Part shown: one piece after another, positions 29,822-43,977 of the stretch
Layout of the letters: every line of letters starts with the position of its first letter
Numbering within the stretch: position 1 is the first letter of the stretch
From: Octopus vulgaris
Taxonomy: Eukaryota
DNA length: 64,000 bases
Reading direction: 5' to 3'
NCBI GenBank assembly: GCA_951406725.2
Contig: OX597824.1
Location: 57,474,001-57,538,000, forward strand
Position numbers and translations under genes: made by a program
Notes under the pieces: model-generated
Told to the model about the DNA's origin: nothing
What the model saw: the letters and a program-made list of their open reading frames with translations, nothing else
The model's database searches: none

Positions 29822-31031
29822 CAAGGTGCGGCGAATAAATTGTCATCTAAATTACACAAAAATTAAAATAACTCTGACATCTCATTTTAACAAATTTACC
29901 AAAAGTACCTAAAATTATCTTGAAATACTAAAGAGTAAAGTTATGCAATAAAATCGCCATTGGTTTCAACCTCGGTTTTCAGACAACTTCGGAATCTCTT
30001 GCAACTCTTTTCGATGGTCTCCTCGTTTAAGTTGGTGAATGCTCTCATAATTTTTGACTTCAGTTCATCTTTGGTGTTACATCTTTGGTGTTTTGTTGGT
30101 CTCTCGCTCAACTGCGTCACACACATAACAATCAAGGGGGTTGCAGTCTTAAGAGCTAAGTGACCAGATGTTAGGTGTGATGTCGCAGAAATTGTCTGAC
30201 AGCCATGACTGGGTTCTCCTGATTGTGTGGCAAGGTGCAGCGTCTTATTGACGGTCATAGGATCTTCCAGCAGCCATCCTATTGACCCAAGGCAGCATCA
30301 ACTCCTCTAGGCACTGGATGTAAGACTCCATGTTGAGTCTGAGCCCGTATGGGAAGATGAATGGAGGCATAACGCCGCCATCACTAGTGATCACTCCAAA
30401 CATCATGATGTTGACTGGATGTTTGATTTTTATCACTCTCGGTACATATTTTGGGGACACGGGAAGCTAACGGCTATTCTGTGCGTTCACTATCTGATCC
30501 TGGCAGAAAACCGAGAAAAACCAAGGTATATTCGTTTGGAGGGGATGCTTGAGTTTGTTCAAAAGCTTCGTAACTCGGTCTTTCCTCTTGTCATTGTTGG
30601 CTTGGGATAAAAATTTCTCATCTTGTATGAGGAATAGCGAATGTCTTCATGCACTACCTGCCTGATAAGAGACTCAAACATTCCTATGTCCCTGGCGATG
30701 GATCTGACTGACTTGGGGGGATCGTTGAAAATCATGGCCTTGATCTCACCAACAAATTCAGTAGTACTTATCAGAACGATCAAAGTGAGTACCTTCGTAA
30801 TCACCATTAGACCCATCCGACTCTTTCCGAATCCTCTGCACTGTCTTCAGATTGACACACAAGCACTCTGAAATGTTCTTATTGGAGCTTCCCGCGCGAA
30901 TGCCTAACAGTACTGCATGATTCCAAATTTCTGACACTACTATACTGTGTAGTCAACAAAATCTAAAACAAACAATGCGAATGTGTGAAATTGAAAATAT
31001 AAAATGGCGACAATTTACCCATCGCACCCTG
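29822..31031 (-). mobile_element. Tc1/mariner superfamily (maT/DD37D-like) transposon, degenerate, with TIRs
   Basis: TIRs caaggtgcggcgaataaattgtc / gacaatttacccatcgcaccctg; peptide pieces KHPVNIMMFGVITSDG..PPFIF, SVRSIARDIG and CKRFRSCL. Confidence 0.85.
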
Positions 31032-31364
31032 TATATATACGTATACACATATATATTCAAATATGTATGTGTTTTGCGTAACATAACGGAAGTCTATAGA
31101 ATAACAATGTCATTTGTAATTATGTTTGTAATTTGGAGAGTATTTCCTGCAGACATCCTAGCGTCTGTTAATATCTCTACTGTCTGATATTACCAGTGGT
31201 AGCTGCTTGATGATTTAATAGTTAATGATTATAGTTGTTTTAGATATTGTTTTTAATTAACTGTTCTTGTCTCACTGGGCGGTAATAGCTGATAGGGTTT
31301 CTACTGTTTTCTTACATTCTTCCAGTCGAACCTGCTGTCACATCAGTTACTCTCCTCTTCACTT

Positions 31365-31452
31365 TCTCTCTCTCTTTCTCTCCTCTCTCTCTCCTCTCTC
31401 CTCTCTCTCTCCTCTCTCCTCTCTCTCTCCTCTCTCCTCTCTCTCTCTCTCT
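31365..31452. repeat. Polypyrimidine minisatellite (~18-bp CT-rich unit)
   Basis: tcctctctctctcctctc repeats. Confidence 0.85.
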
Positions 31453-31819
31453 GAACTGGTTCCGGTCTACACGACAGATAATGCTCACCTGTAGTGGAAA
31501 CCAAAGCGTCAATGGTGGGCATTTATATCGTTGTATTACCTGCTGGAAACTGCAGGCAAATATTGGTGAAGTCTCACCCTACATGGCTGACATATTTAAC
31601 AGTGACAGATATATATATATATGCTAGCACTTTATATATATATATATAAAGTTACTGATGTTGCCGGAGACGACAGCTAACTGGTTCATAGAAATAAAAG
31701 CGAACTTGATCTCTAAGTTTAAATAATCGGCTACCCCTAAACACTATAAATTTATAACTTACGTCCCTATGTCCCTATAGCAAACAAAGTGTTAGCCACC
31801 ATAATATCACAGAGCAAGA

Positions 31820-32480
31820 TATAAACATTAAAAAATCTGGAAACAATCAGGGATGCTGCAAAGGCTCATATGGCTACCAAGATAAGTTGCTAATCAAAAG
31901 CTCAGGCGGCTATGAATATCAATTATTTACCACTAGAGAAATATGAATAAATGTTAGGCAATACTAATAATAGGTAGGTATATAGACCGCATTATTAGTA
32001 AATGGTGAACAACTTTGCCGATACACAGACAAAAGTATTTGAAAACAAAGCCTCCAATCTCATCTCCATTGAAAAAGCAACATTCCAAAGGAAGTTTCTC
32101 AGCCCATTTTTTACTGTCTGGCATTAACACTTAACGAACATATTAAACCCGATTAAACTCGGATTCAAATGCTATGGTTCAATAACAGACATTGTTTTGT
32201 AGATGGACGACCTCATTTGGTGTGAAGCAAATGATAACTAATTATTAATAATGATTTATTAAAGAAATTTATCGGTGATTCGGATGAGAAAATGCGTTAA
32301 GACAACTAGGAAAGAGAGGAATTAATTAGAAACCTAATTGACAATTCTAATATCTTGCGAGAGAAATAGAAATAAACTTGTATATAAAGAAAACGGAAGA
32401 ATGAAAACGTTAGGAAGGAATATTATAAATTAATAATTAAAACATTAGATTAATATTTAAACATTATATTAACAAATAAA
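31820..32480 (+). pseudogene. Highly decayed R4-like RT fragment
   Basis: ggatgctgcaaaggctcatatggc (like GC.KGSYG), ttccaa..ctcagccca and atggacgacctc (MDDL). Confidence 0.55.
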
Positions 32481-32574
32481 ACAGATATAAATGTAGAAAA
32501 AAAAGTAAGCGTAGTCAGTCTAGTCGTTTCAGTTATGCTATTCTCTATCACATGCTCAGAGAATAGGTGAGACT

Positions 32575-33535
32575 AATCGGAAAAATAATAATTGAATTTA
32601 AAATACATCTGTTCCAGGCAGAGTCGCAAGTGTGTGGATCCGTGGTGCAGGGCGAAGCCAAAGATGGAGATATTAGAGGGAGAGTGGTTGGCCAAGCGGA
32701 AATGACGGGAGACGGGGGTTGTTCATACGTAGCCGAACATCTCTTAGATGTTCGGAGAACCGGTCGGCCAGTCGGAGGCCCGTCTGACCTACACATAGTT
32801 TATTGCAGAGATTGCATCTAATGCAATACATGAGGCTAGAAGAGGTGCAGGAGAAGGAGTTTGTGATGTGGAGAGTGTGTTGATTGAAACCAGTGTGGAG
32901 GTGGTATTGGTGATGAAAGGGCAGGGGAATCTGGAGCACGGAAAGCATCCGGGTGGGGCTGAGGAGGAAGAGGAGAAGGTGCTACGGACCAGTAGATCGC
33001 GTAAGCTTCAGGTGCGTTTAAAAGAGGACAAAGTTGGGTTGGGGAAAATCGGGCGGGTGGTGGGATCTAGCTGGAGACGACGGAAGGCCCGTAAGATCCT
33101 CCGACGACGAAGGGGTAGGGTGGAGGGATGGAAAAGGAGGGGAAAGGGGGTGCAGTTAGGGGATTGGTGTGGGGAAGGAGAGAGGGCGGTGGTGTGTTCG
33201 ATTCGACGAGCGCGGGCAAGGTCGGTTTGGACAAGGGTTGAGGGTATCCTCGATGCATGAACAGGCGGGCAAGGTACTAGGACTGAGTCTCAAAATCCTG
33301 ATTACGGCTGCACAAGCTTCGGAGGCAGAGGAACTGGGAGTAGGGGATGACCCGTTTGGTGTGGGAGGGATGAGAGGAGGAGAAGATGAGGTAGAGGTGG
33401 GAATCTGTGGGTTGGAAGAAAGTGGAGGTGGTGAGAGAGTAGGAGGGGAGGTCAGTTGTACGAGAGATTATCTAGGAAGTTAGAGATGGTAGAAGTAAAT
33501 TGGAGAGAGGGATGGAAGTTAGAAAGGAAAGATAA
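32575..33535 (-). mobile_element. Penelope-like RT-thumb plus GIY-YIG fragment (Neptune-like)
   Basis: NSFSCTSSSLMYCIRCNLCNKLCVGQTGLRLADRFSEHLRDVR. Confidence 0.85.
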
Positions 33536-33754
33536 CTCACCAATACATATCGCTGTGACTTTTTATTTTGTGTGTGTGTGTGTGTGAATTTGTAGTATTA
33601 TTTATATGTATTCATTTCAACTTCAATGCTTGAAGTGTAACAAATTTGCTTGCATGACACGTGTTGATACGTTTATTGACACGGCATTTTTAGTGTTTCA
33701 TGTTTCATACCAAGTCTGTGGTATTGTATAGTGACCTTTCCAGGTCACTATAAT

Positions 33755-33890
33755 CGACCTTTCGACCTTTCGAGGTCGACAAATAAAGTACCAGTTACGC
33801 ACTGGGGTCGATGTAGTCGACTTAACCCCTTTGTCTGTCCTTGTTTGTCCCCTCTATGTTTAGCCCCTTGTGGGCAATAAAGAAATAGGT
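33755..33890 (+). mobile_element. Nin/Deu-domain SINE 3' part
   Basis: ggtcgacaaataaagtaccagttacgcactggggtcgat..tttagccccttg; reverse complement of 1-131. Confidence 0.8.
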
Positions 33891-34097
33891 GTTGTATAGT
33901 GACTGTACTCACCACACACTCTCACATGCACATTACATTTTAAATTAAAACACATTCAAAATTAGCATAATATGTAAACATTATTTACTTTTAATTCTAT
34001 TTTGTTCACTAAGATTTTCAACCGAAAGTGAAAAGGTGGGAAAAGAGAACGAGAGATAGAGAGACAGATTGATGCATAGACAGACAGACAGACAGAC

Positions 34098-34216
<119 letters not shown>

Positions 34217-35745
34217 GGGAGTATTCAAATATATATATTCTCACTTGAACGGAATATTTCAGCTATATTTATAATCTGTCTCATTATGTAACCATGTTTT
34301 CGTGATATCAATTTACCAATTTACTTTTACTTCACTAAGTTTAATTCTCCATCCCGTTGACAATATATCGAATTTGTGACTCGATATATTATATAATAAA
34401 ACAGAATTTGTATGTGTGTGTATGTGTGTATGTGTACGTATATTCCTTATGGGTTCGAAAATTAAACTGTTGATTTTGACATATGAAGTATCAAAAGATT
34501 CAGTAATATTTCGGCTACCAAATAAAGTGTTCTTTGCACAACTCTCTTTTTACTACAAAAATAATCACGAAAACGAGGTTGGGTCGCACAATTTTGAGGT
34601 CTTCAGCTAAGGGAGGCAACTCTACCTGAACAATCTTAAAACACATGGAAACTTACCATAGAATGAAACTGCGAAATATACCGTCAACTTTATTAGTATT
34701 GTTAGGTAGATAATCTTTTGATGTGAAGTATGTTTGCCTGTGTTTTGTTTCACCCAGATGTAGCAGAGCCATCGCATAATTCTTTTCTTCCCGAAATACT
34801 GTAAATCTGTGTCTTTCTTTTGATGAAAGGTTGTGTTTTAAGAGAGATTTGGCTGCTATTCGTAGTAGCTCCAGTTACGACAGAAATACCTGTGGGTGAG
34901 TGTGTGTGTGTGTGTGTATGTGTGTGTGTTTTGCTGTGGTGAAAAATACTTTTCCTCAGAATATTTTGCACAGTAATTTCTTAAGAAATCTGGACATCTT
35001 TCTTACTGCTAACCATTCAACTTCAAATTACAATTGTTAATTGCTGGAAGTAAATTAGACTGAAATGTACATATAAAGTGGAAGTTCAGTACGAAGTTTT
35101 ACATTCATTACTTTGTGGTTAGTAATCCATTACCTTAAATTTGAAGCCATTAAGTCTTTAAACATTATTTTACTAGGTTTAGTATTTCGACTGTCACCAT
35201 GATGGGGTATCACCTACAAAAATTTGATTGATCATACTGACCTCAGTACATATTTCAATCTGGCATTTATTTTATAAATTGCTACTTGATGAACTGCTAA
35301 CTTTGAGACATAATGGGACACAGTACTCGATTTAACAGCAAATGTAAACACACAGACGCACACACATTAGGTGCAAGAATGACTGTGTGGTTCAGATATT
35401 TATTTCCCAACCACATGGTTCCACGTTTAGTCCTTCTGCTTGGTACCTTGGGTAGCTGTTTTCTACTATAGCCCTAGGCCAACCACATACTTCCGACTGA
35501 ATTTAGCAGCCGGAAACTGCAGCGTTGTTCATCAGAAAAATAACCGAAAAACATGTTTATATAAAAAAATGTTGTTTGCTTCATACTCCTTGCGAAGATA
35601 ATCTGGTACTTGACTGAGGAAAGAAAACTTCGAATGACCCGTCCTTGTTTTCATTGTATCGTCTATCTGGATGTTTTAGTTGTCCCATTTTTGTATCACC
35701 TAACAGTCCGGATGTTTTGTGTTCTTGTCCATTCCCTTCTCCTAT

Positions 35746-35780
35746 GTTTCCGACGAAGAGCTCCGCTCGAAACGTTAAAC
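35746..35780 (+). ncRNA. Minimal hammerhead motif (CCGACGA variant) in a short repeat at 35600-35870
   Basis: gttt-CCGACGA-a-gagc-tcc-gctc-GAAAC-GTT-aaac. Confidence 0.7.
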
Positions 35781-35865
35781 CCTCCTTCTTTCCTGAGCGT
35801 CCAATAATACTATATTTGTTCCACGTCCTCGCGTTGTTGTGTTTTTTGTGCTTTCATGTTTGGAT

Positions 35866-35920
<55 letters not shown>

Positions 35921-35981
35921 ATATATATATATACATACATATATATATATATATACATATAACGGCGTACGTACACTTTGG

Positions 35982-36030
<49 letters not shown>

Positions 36031-36034
<4 letters not shown>

Positions 36035-36407
36035 GAAGCCCAATGTCCCTGTGGTTAGGGTAGCGGACCCGCAGTCGTAGGATCACGCTTTCGATTCCCA
36101 GACTGGGCGTTGTAAGTATCTGTTGAGCGAAAACACCTAAAGCTCCTCGTGACTCCGGCAGGGTGGTGGTGGCGAACCCTGCTGTACTTTTTCACCACAA
36201 CTTTCTCTCGCTCTTCCTGTTTCTGTTGTACCTGTATTTCGAAGGGCCAGCCTTGTCACACTCTGAGTCACGGTGAATCTCCCTGAGAACTCCTTTAAGG
36301 CACACGTGTCTGTGGAGTGCTCAGCCACTTGCACGTTAATTTCAAGAGCAGACTATTCCGGTGATCGGATCAACTGGAACCCTCGTTGTCGTAAGCAACG
36401 GAATGCC

Positions 36408-36410
<3 letters not shown>
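36031..36410 (+). mobile_element. tRNA-derived SINE, third family
   Basis: A-box-like gtggttaggg, B-box-like ttcgattccc, then ttgagcgaaaacacctaa and tail gatcggatcaactggaaccctcg. A related head lies at 51545-51640 (-). Confidence 0.75.
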
Positions 36411-36467
<57 letters not shown>

Positions 36468-36709
36468 CTATGATTTATCAACCAACCATCTCCATGACCC
36501 AGTTTCCATACCCAGTTGATATCGTCTGATGGTGTATGTGTCGTCACTTAAATCACATATTACCTTTAAGAATCATATCGAGTCCACCACTGTTCTCCCC
36601 CTCTTCACTATGTCTCAAAAATGTTAAGTCTACTTGACATATACTCACTTCTTACACAGCTCTAATGTAAGTTTTTATTCAGATATTATACTGTGAAAAT
36701 AACGTCGTT

Positions 36710-37550
36710 ATTATCTCTTTATCACAGGTTTGTTGGAGCTCCTGGATGCTTCCTTTCCGCAGCCAACGGTACCAGGCTGTTCGTTCTTTTCAACTATTTA
36801 ATACTTCCCTGATTATTCTGGCGGTGCCAAGGTGGCAAACTTTTTGTAGCAGTTCTAGTTACGCTCTGGCACCTGATTCTGGGAAATCCCAGAATATTTT
36901 GCTAGTCTCCGACTCTACCACTCTCTGCGGTTTGTGCTCATACCACGTCTTGCCCCTCTCTCTAGCTCCCACTTTTTCGCAGAGTTTCTGGGTCGTGTCG
37001 CCACAACTTGCAGTGATTTTTGCAAATCGTGATATGGGCAATGGTTTCATCCACTCTGTTGCAGATGCGGCACAGCAAAGACACTTGCTCATTCCTCAGG
37101 TTGATCCCCCAGTTCGTGGCCAGAGCTTGGTCCTGCGCTACCAGCATAATGCTCTCGGTCTCTTTTTTTAGTGTTACTTTCTTCAGCCAATCCCACCTAT
37201 TTTTCTGTTGTGACTACATGGAATTGATTGCATAATTCTTCTTTATGTCCTTTTTGTACTTCTTTCTTTGTTTTCCCTTTTTTCTCTGCTCCCAACAGTC
37301 GCTAGCAAGTTTTCCTTACATTGGGCCAGGTATCTCATTAAACTCTCGAGTTCGATACACACGCAGTCTTCCATACTTATCAGTCCCCTTCCTCCATTTT
37401 CTCTCTTCATGTATAGGCGATCAGTGTCTACACGTGATGGGCTCCATGCATCGTTAGGAGGTTTCTTGACTTCCTGACCATTTCCTTTAGCTCCTCCTCT
37501 GTCAGGATTCCAGAACCATACCGAACTACTGCGTTTGCTCACGAGTTTAT
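36710..37550 (-). mobile_element. R4/Dong-like 3' fragment
   Basis: DTDRLYMKRENGGRGL, AQDQAL and WYEHKPQRVVE..IFWDF; 3' end cctgtgataaagagataat is shared with 52585. Confidence 0.85.
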
Positions 37551-37575
37551 TGGCATTATTATTATTTTTATTATT

Positions 37576-38235
<660 letters not shown>

Positions 38236-39115
38236 TATCATCATCATCCTTATCATCATCATAGTTGTTGTTTTTGTTGTTGTCATTTTTGCTGCTGTTA
38301 TAGGGTGGCTCGCTAGCAGAATCGTTATGTCACCGACATATCTTCCTGATTTAAATTCTAGGTTCTGATTTCGAATGTCGTCGAGTCGACATAGACATTC
38401 ATTCTCACGGAATCGATGAAATAAGTGCCAGTAACATACTGGTGTCGATGTAATTAACTCATCTCTCCTCTAAAGTAATTTGTGCTAAAATTTGAATCTA
38501 TTATTGTTATTAAGTTTGATATTACGAGCAATTTTGGCACGAAGCACAGTTAGAATTGAGAATTGTGAACATTGAGAGGTTCGTGTTTGTCGGAAGTGTT
38601 GTTACTTCAGATACTCAGACCTGTTCGGTCCCCGAAGATCTGTCTATACGTGACAGCCTCCACTTTATGCAACACATTGAAATAGATCTGGCTTTTGATG
38701 GGTTCTGTTCAATCCAGATTAAACTAAAGCATTTGAGAGATTTAAACGTCGCCATCTAGCGATGACTTCCGTTAGTTATATTCCTTCCTTCAAAACCTGA
38801 TTCCGCCTCATACAACAGTACCTATTCAGTGTTCAAATCAAATGGCGGTCTATCTAAACTTTTTTTAATCATGCAATTACTACGTCAAATATATCTCCCA
38901 CCGTCACTTCTCAAAGCTTTGGCGTTTGAGCTACCAATGCGAAGGTTGGAGCGACTTACCCTAGTGGTGTCAGACACATAGGAAATGAAATTCAAGTGAT
39001 TGACATCATACTATATGTCAACAGATGGAGAGGCATTCTCAGCTGCTTCTACCACCTGACTGGAATTCTGTTTAAATTGTATGGGTCCAGTTCGCTCTAA
39101 AACTAGTAGTTGCTA

Positions 39116-39844
39116 TCAGGGTGGCCAATGCTAAGTGCAGAAGTTATTTTTAAATGATCAATTGTAAAGAGAGCGAAGTGACATTTTACCCCCCAAAATA
39201 TCTGACCAAATTAGAAATTATGCTCTTTAGCTTTTGTCGACCTCCAAAAGGATGCAAGTTGAATTCCGTGGGATTTGAAACTAAGATGTTTTTCCGGCTG
39301 TCTAACGAGTCTGCCAATCGTTGACTCTCTTTTGTTTCTGATTTAGGTCAATGCTTGGAAAGTGGAGCAGGACTTTGTGGATACCATAAACTCCATTTCT
39401 TGTGTAGTATTTCATTCTAACGACACTGGAGTGTTGAAAGACAAAGTTGCTCTCCTATTTGAATTTACAACATAAAAAGCTAGAATAAATAACGCAAGTC
39501 GTTTTTCTGACTCCTTAACAATTCCACTTATTCACCATATTTATAATAATACTTGCCACTATAGGCACGAAGTCTGATATTTCAGGGCAGGATGCTCGTC
39601 CCAGGGAAAGACGATCACTGTGGAAATTGAATTCAGGATGTAGATAGAGAAAATACCTCTAAGCAGTTTGTCCGGCGTAGTGACGATTCTGCCAGCTGGC
39701 CGCCTTCACTACGTTTCTAATATTAATGTTTAAAAATAATATTAATATTAATATTAATATTAATGTTTAAAAATAATATTAATATTAATATTTCTAATAT
39801 TAATATTTAAAAATAACTTCTGCACTTAGCTTTGGCCATCCTGA
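39116..39844. mobile_element. MITE with 40-bp TIRs and TA target duplication
   Basis: ta|tcagggtggccaatgctaagtgcagaagttatttttaaat ... atttaaaaataacttctgcacttagctttggccatcctga|ta, with 2 mismatches. Confidence 0.85.
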
Positions 39845-39846
39845 TA

Positions 39847-41445
39847 TATATATATATACAACTAAGAATGTGTGTCTGTCTGTCTGTCTATCTGTCTGTC
39901 TGTGTGTTTCCCTAAAACTTGAGAACTACACAACCAATTTCATTCAAATTTTACACATGCCTTACTTAGGGTCCATGTAGTGTCATGGACAAAACAATGT
40001 TCAGCTTCTTGCCTAGGGCGAGCCCATAGCAATATCATATCTTCTCCAGTATTTCAGTATTACGTGTTAAAAATAAAACAAAAACATCTCTCTATTTTAT
40101 GTCAGATACTTTCACTTTAACAATAAAAATTAGAGATAATAATAACAATTGAATTATATGTAGTAAGTAATAATTAAAATCAAACTAAAGTATAATATAA
40201 TAATTAAATCGTAACGTAACAATTAAAAGTAAAAACAGCAATTGGTATAAAATTGCATCAATGACTTGAACTTGAATAAGTGGTTTCACATGAATGGGAA
40301 TAAATTAAATATAAAATTAAAGTGCAGAAATGGAATAGTCCAGATGGAGCTGTGCACATACCCTTTACCACGGCTTTTACATTAGATTATCTGCTAATTA
40401 GCTAGCATTAAGTATCTATATGATGTTTGGCTATATGTAATGTCTGTTTTGTCGAACAGACGCATCTACTGAATACTGCTGTTGGTTTATTTCTTATCCA
40501 TAAAGGACTATAGCTTCAACTGAGTACTGCTTTTTGATTCACCGTAAGGTTTGTTGTTATTATTATTACTGTTTAACTATTGTTATCACGTTTGTTGGTT
40601 CCTCGTAAGGGAAGCGTCGTTGTGTTGCATTTGTTAAATAATTGTAAACCGTATCTCTCCCCCTTTGGGAGAAGAAGCTTCAGTTTTTGTTTAAAAATTA
40701 AATTGTGTCCCTGTCTGAGGAAATTGACAATATTTTCACCGTTTATACGGAAACATTTTTGTTAAAATATCTTCGATAGAAGAAACTCCAAAATTGAATT
40801 TCGCTGCAGTCGTCGGGAGCGAACTCACTGAAATTAAAATGAAAGAAATACAAGCCTATTTCGGATTGATCACCGACAAAAACGGTGAATCTAGGATAAC
40901 ACCACCAAACGAAATAAAAAAAAATTAAAGAAAAGACTATTGTTTATAAAGAATACAATGTAGAGAAAAAAGATTTGAACACCTGGCGGAAAGCACCATC
41001 GAAAAGTGTCTTGGTCCAACTATGAAAGATGTCAAGTATCTAACCAGAGGCGGTAAATTCGCCACAATAGAAGCAAGGTTCGAGTCAACGGAGCGTGCAA
41101 GGGAGTACTCGACTCGGACATTGCAAAGTGAAAATATTTTATTTTTATATCTGGGACGTAGGACGTCCCGGATAAAAATTAAAGATGCCCCCCTAGAAGT
41201 AGAGGTAGGTTGGATTGTAACCACACTTCTATACAAGAGGGAGGACAAGATACAATTGATCGAAATTGCAAGAGACAATTCCAGTCTGTTATATTTTGAG
41301 TATTGTTATCACTAGCGATATCAAGATATAACTTTGTATTTTGTATTTTATGTGTAGATGTATATATATATAGATGTACACATATATATACACATATATA
41401 CGTGGACTAGCACTATTACCCGACACCGCCGGGTCATAATGCTAG
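39847..41445 (+). mobile_element. Probable non-autonomous Helitron (possibly composite)
   Basis: 5' block with (gtct)n and accaatttcattcaaattttacac; 3' hairpin acccgacaccgccgggt plus cataatgCTAG|t. Confidence 0.5.
40940..41280 (+). pseudogene. Possible L1/Tx1 ORF1-like fragment
   Basis: Non-repetitive peptide KDVKYLTRGGKFATIEARF..YLGRRTSRIKIKDAPLEV has the RRM-like pattern of non-LTR ORF1 proteins (pattern recognition only). Confidence 0.4.
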
Positions 41446-41489
<44 letters not shown>

Positions 41490-41494
<5 letters not shown>

Positions 41495-43200
41495 AAGTAT
41501 CTTTAGAGATAGAAATCCCCATAAAATTCAACAAATAAGAATATAAATTCAACCATGTCATAGAATATTATATTTAATGCTTACTATTCGTGTTCAAAGT
41601 TGTCGACTACACGTATTTCATGAGGTTGTATACTATGTTCCTGAGACACGCTGTCTCTTACAGCACCTCCCCTTATATACAACCCCAATCTTCAGGTCCA
41701 GGTATCCCCCGTTTATAACTTTATCATTATATATTCCAACTTACAAGTATATCAAACTAAATATATGTATAAATAAATTCCTAGTATGTCAAAACATATA
41801 TATGTTTAAATAAATTCATTGAACCCTGCAGTTTAAGCCATAATTAATTAAGAATTAAGCCCAAAAGAATATATATATAAATGAAAAATATATATGAATG
41901 AGAAAATATATACGAATGCGGAAAAAATATATACTAATGAGAAGACAATATAACATCATAAGAATAAAAATTAAAAATATATATCCAAATGAAGAGGATG
42001 ATTAAGAGACGAATGGAAACTAATTCGAATGACAAAAATTCAGGTGAATGTTACACGTAAAATACGAATGTAGATATTAAAATATATCAAAAAATATATG
42101 GAAAAAAATATATATGGAAAAAATATATAAAGGGAAAAACATTTAAAAATGAAAAAATGAAAACATTATATATACAGGAATTAATTTATAAATTAATATA
42201 ATTAGAATTAATATACTAAACTTAATTTAAAATGTAAAAGTTAAAATGTAAAAGAAGAATATTTTCCATCTACCTCTGGATATCATGGCGCTAAATTGAG
42301 CTAGTTCCAATTTACGCTGCAAGGTTCTGTGAAAGTATTTATACTCATACATACCAATTATTCCATTTAAACTCTTACGTTATTAGCATATTACTGACAG
42401 TGGGACAGGATGTAAATGCATTATGGGAACAATTCATCCTTTCTTTCATTTTCATTCACCTATCCCCCCACCATCGCACAACCATCACTCCCCAACTCAA
42501 ATAGTAAGTAAAATTTAATAATAGTATCTAATAGTAATTTCTAACAATTAATTTATGTTTATTTGCTTTAGGGTTAGATTTTATTAATTAGCCACTTCAG
42601 TTTGTGTTTACATTTAATTTTTCTTTCATCCTGTGCATTAAGTAGTTTAGTTTTTGCCCATAATATCGCCATTAATTCATGGGTACATAACAAACGTAGT
42701 TTATTCTTATCTCCCACTTAATATTATATTTAATTTCCTTCGATTTTAAACTCCAGAAGTATTTACTCAGACCTGTCGAGTTCTTTAATTTCTTATTTTT
42801 GAATGAATGAATATGCTGTGCTCTTCGTTGTTTAATATTATTCGATGTCAAACCAATATATGTTCTATCTAAATTTCTTTCAATATTTATATTATTATTA
42901 TTTATTTTACTCAGTTCATTCTTATCTTCGTTTACAGAAACCACACATTTATATACTACATCAGTTAAATTACATCTACCTTTAAATATACAGTGATTTT
43001 TATCCCTACAATTGCAGCTTTTTAAGTCTCTAACCTTATTATTAGGATACTTATTTAATTTATCATAGTAAAATTTATTCAACTTATGTTTATTAAGAGA
43101 TGAAATAATGTTCCCTACGTTGTTGGTAGTAGAATATCCCACACCTATATTATTTTTAGAGAATAAGTTCATATATATTTTTTAATTTTCTACAATAAAT
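41490..43200 (-). mobile_element. Penelope-like (Naiad-like) 3' fragment with downstream hammerhead
   Basis: ORF 42672-43172: SCNCRDKNHC..VVYKC..YIGLTS..STGLSKYFWSLK; hammerhead at 41605-41698. Confidence 0.8.
41605..41698 (-). ncRNA. Type I hammerhead with 12-bp stem II
   Basis: gac-CTGAAGA-t-tggggttgtata...tatacaacctca-t-GAAAT-acgt-GTA-gtc. Confidence 0.75.
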
Positions 43201-43355
43201 GATTCTATAGTTTTAGTTATTTCTTTTATAATATTACTTTTAACTTGAGTCCCATAAGGGACTATCAACCATATTGTTTTATTTTTATTTGTGTTTATAT
43301 TATTATTCTTCGTATCTTTATTTACGCAATTTTTGTTATTTTCATCTTTATTATT

Positions 43356-43422
<67 letters not shown>

Positions 43423-43519
43423 TGATGATGATGATGATAACAACAACAGTAACAACAACAATAATAAATAGTGACAAAAATATAATGAGACCTCGATATT
43501 AGATAAATAGATTATTTGT

Positions 43520-43904
43520 GTACTTTATAATTTAGAACAGAGTTTCAAATGTCGGAGCGAAAAGCAATAGACGCTATGAAAAGCTGTTGAATAAAAACGA
43601 AATTACTCTAATAGGTAGAAAAATAAAAAGACAAAAGATAAAAAGTACACGTAGCCATATTCTTACAATACATAGACATAAACCTCCTGCGTTCATAACA
43701 TCTGCATATGTACATACTCACACAAACATGTATACATACATGCACATACACACACAACCATATTTGTTTATGTACGTAATCATACATACATATATATCCA
43801 CACACACATACGCATGTATATATGTATATGTGTACACAACTTCATCCTCACATACACATAACCATAATACATATATATTTAGACATTTATACGTATAGAT
43901 ATAC

Positions 43905-43977
<73 letters not shown>

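Noticed and set aside
31185-31295. Possible miRNA hairpin (attaccagtg / cactgggcggtaat)
   Set aside because: The arms are short and far apart, and no recognisable mature miRNA is present.
32868-33483. GC-rich Arg/Gly-rich plus-strand ORFs as host exons
   Set aside because: They are antisense to a C-rich Penelope RT/GIY-YIG fragment.
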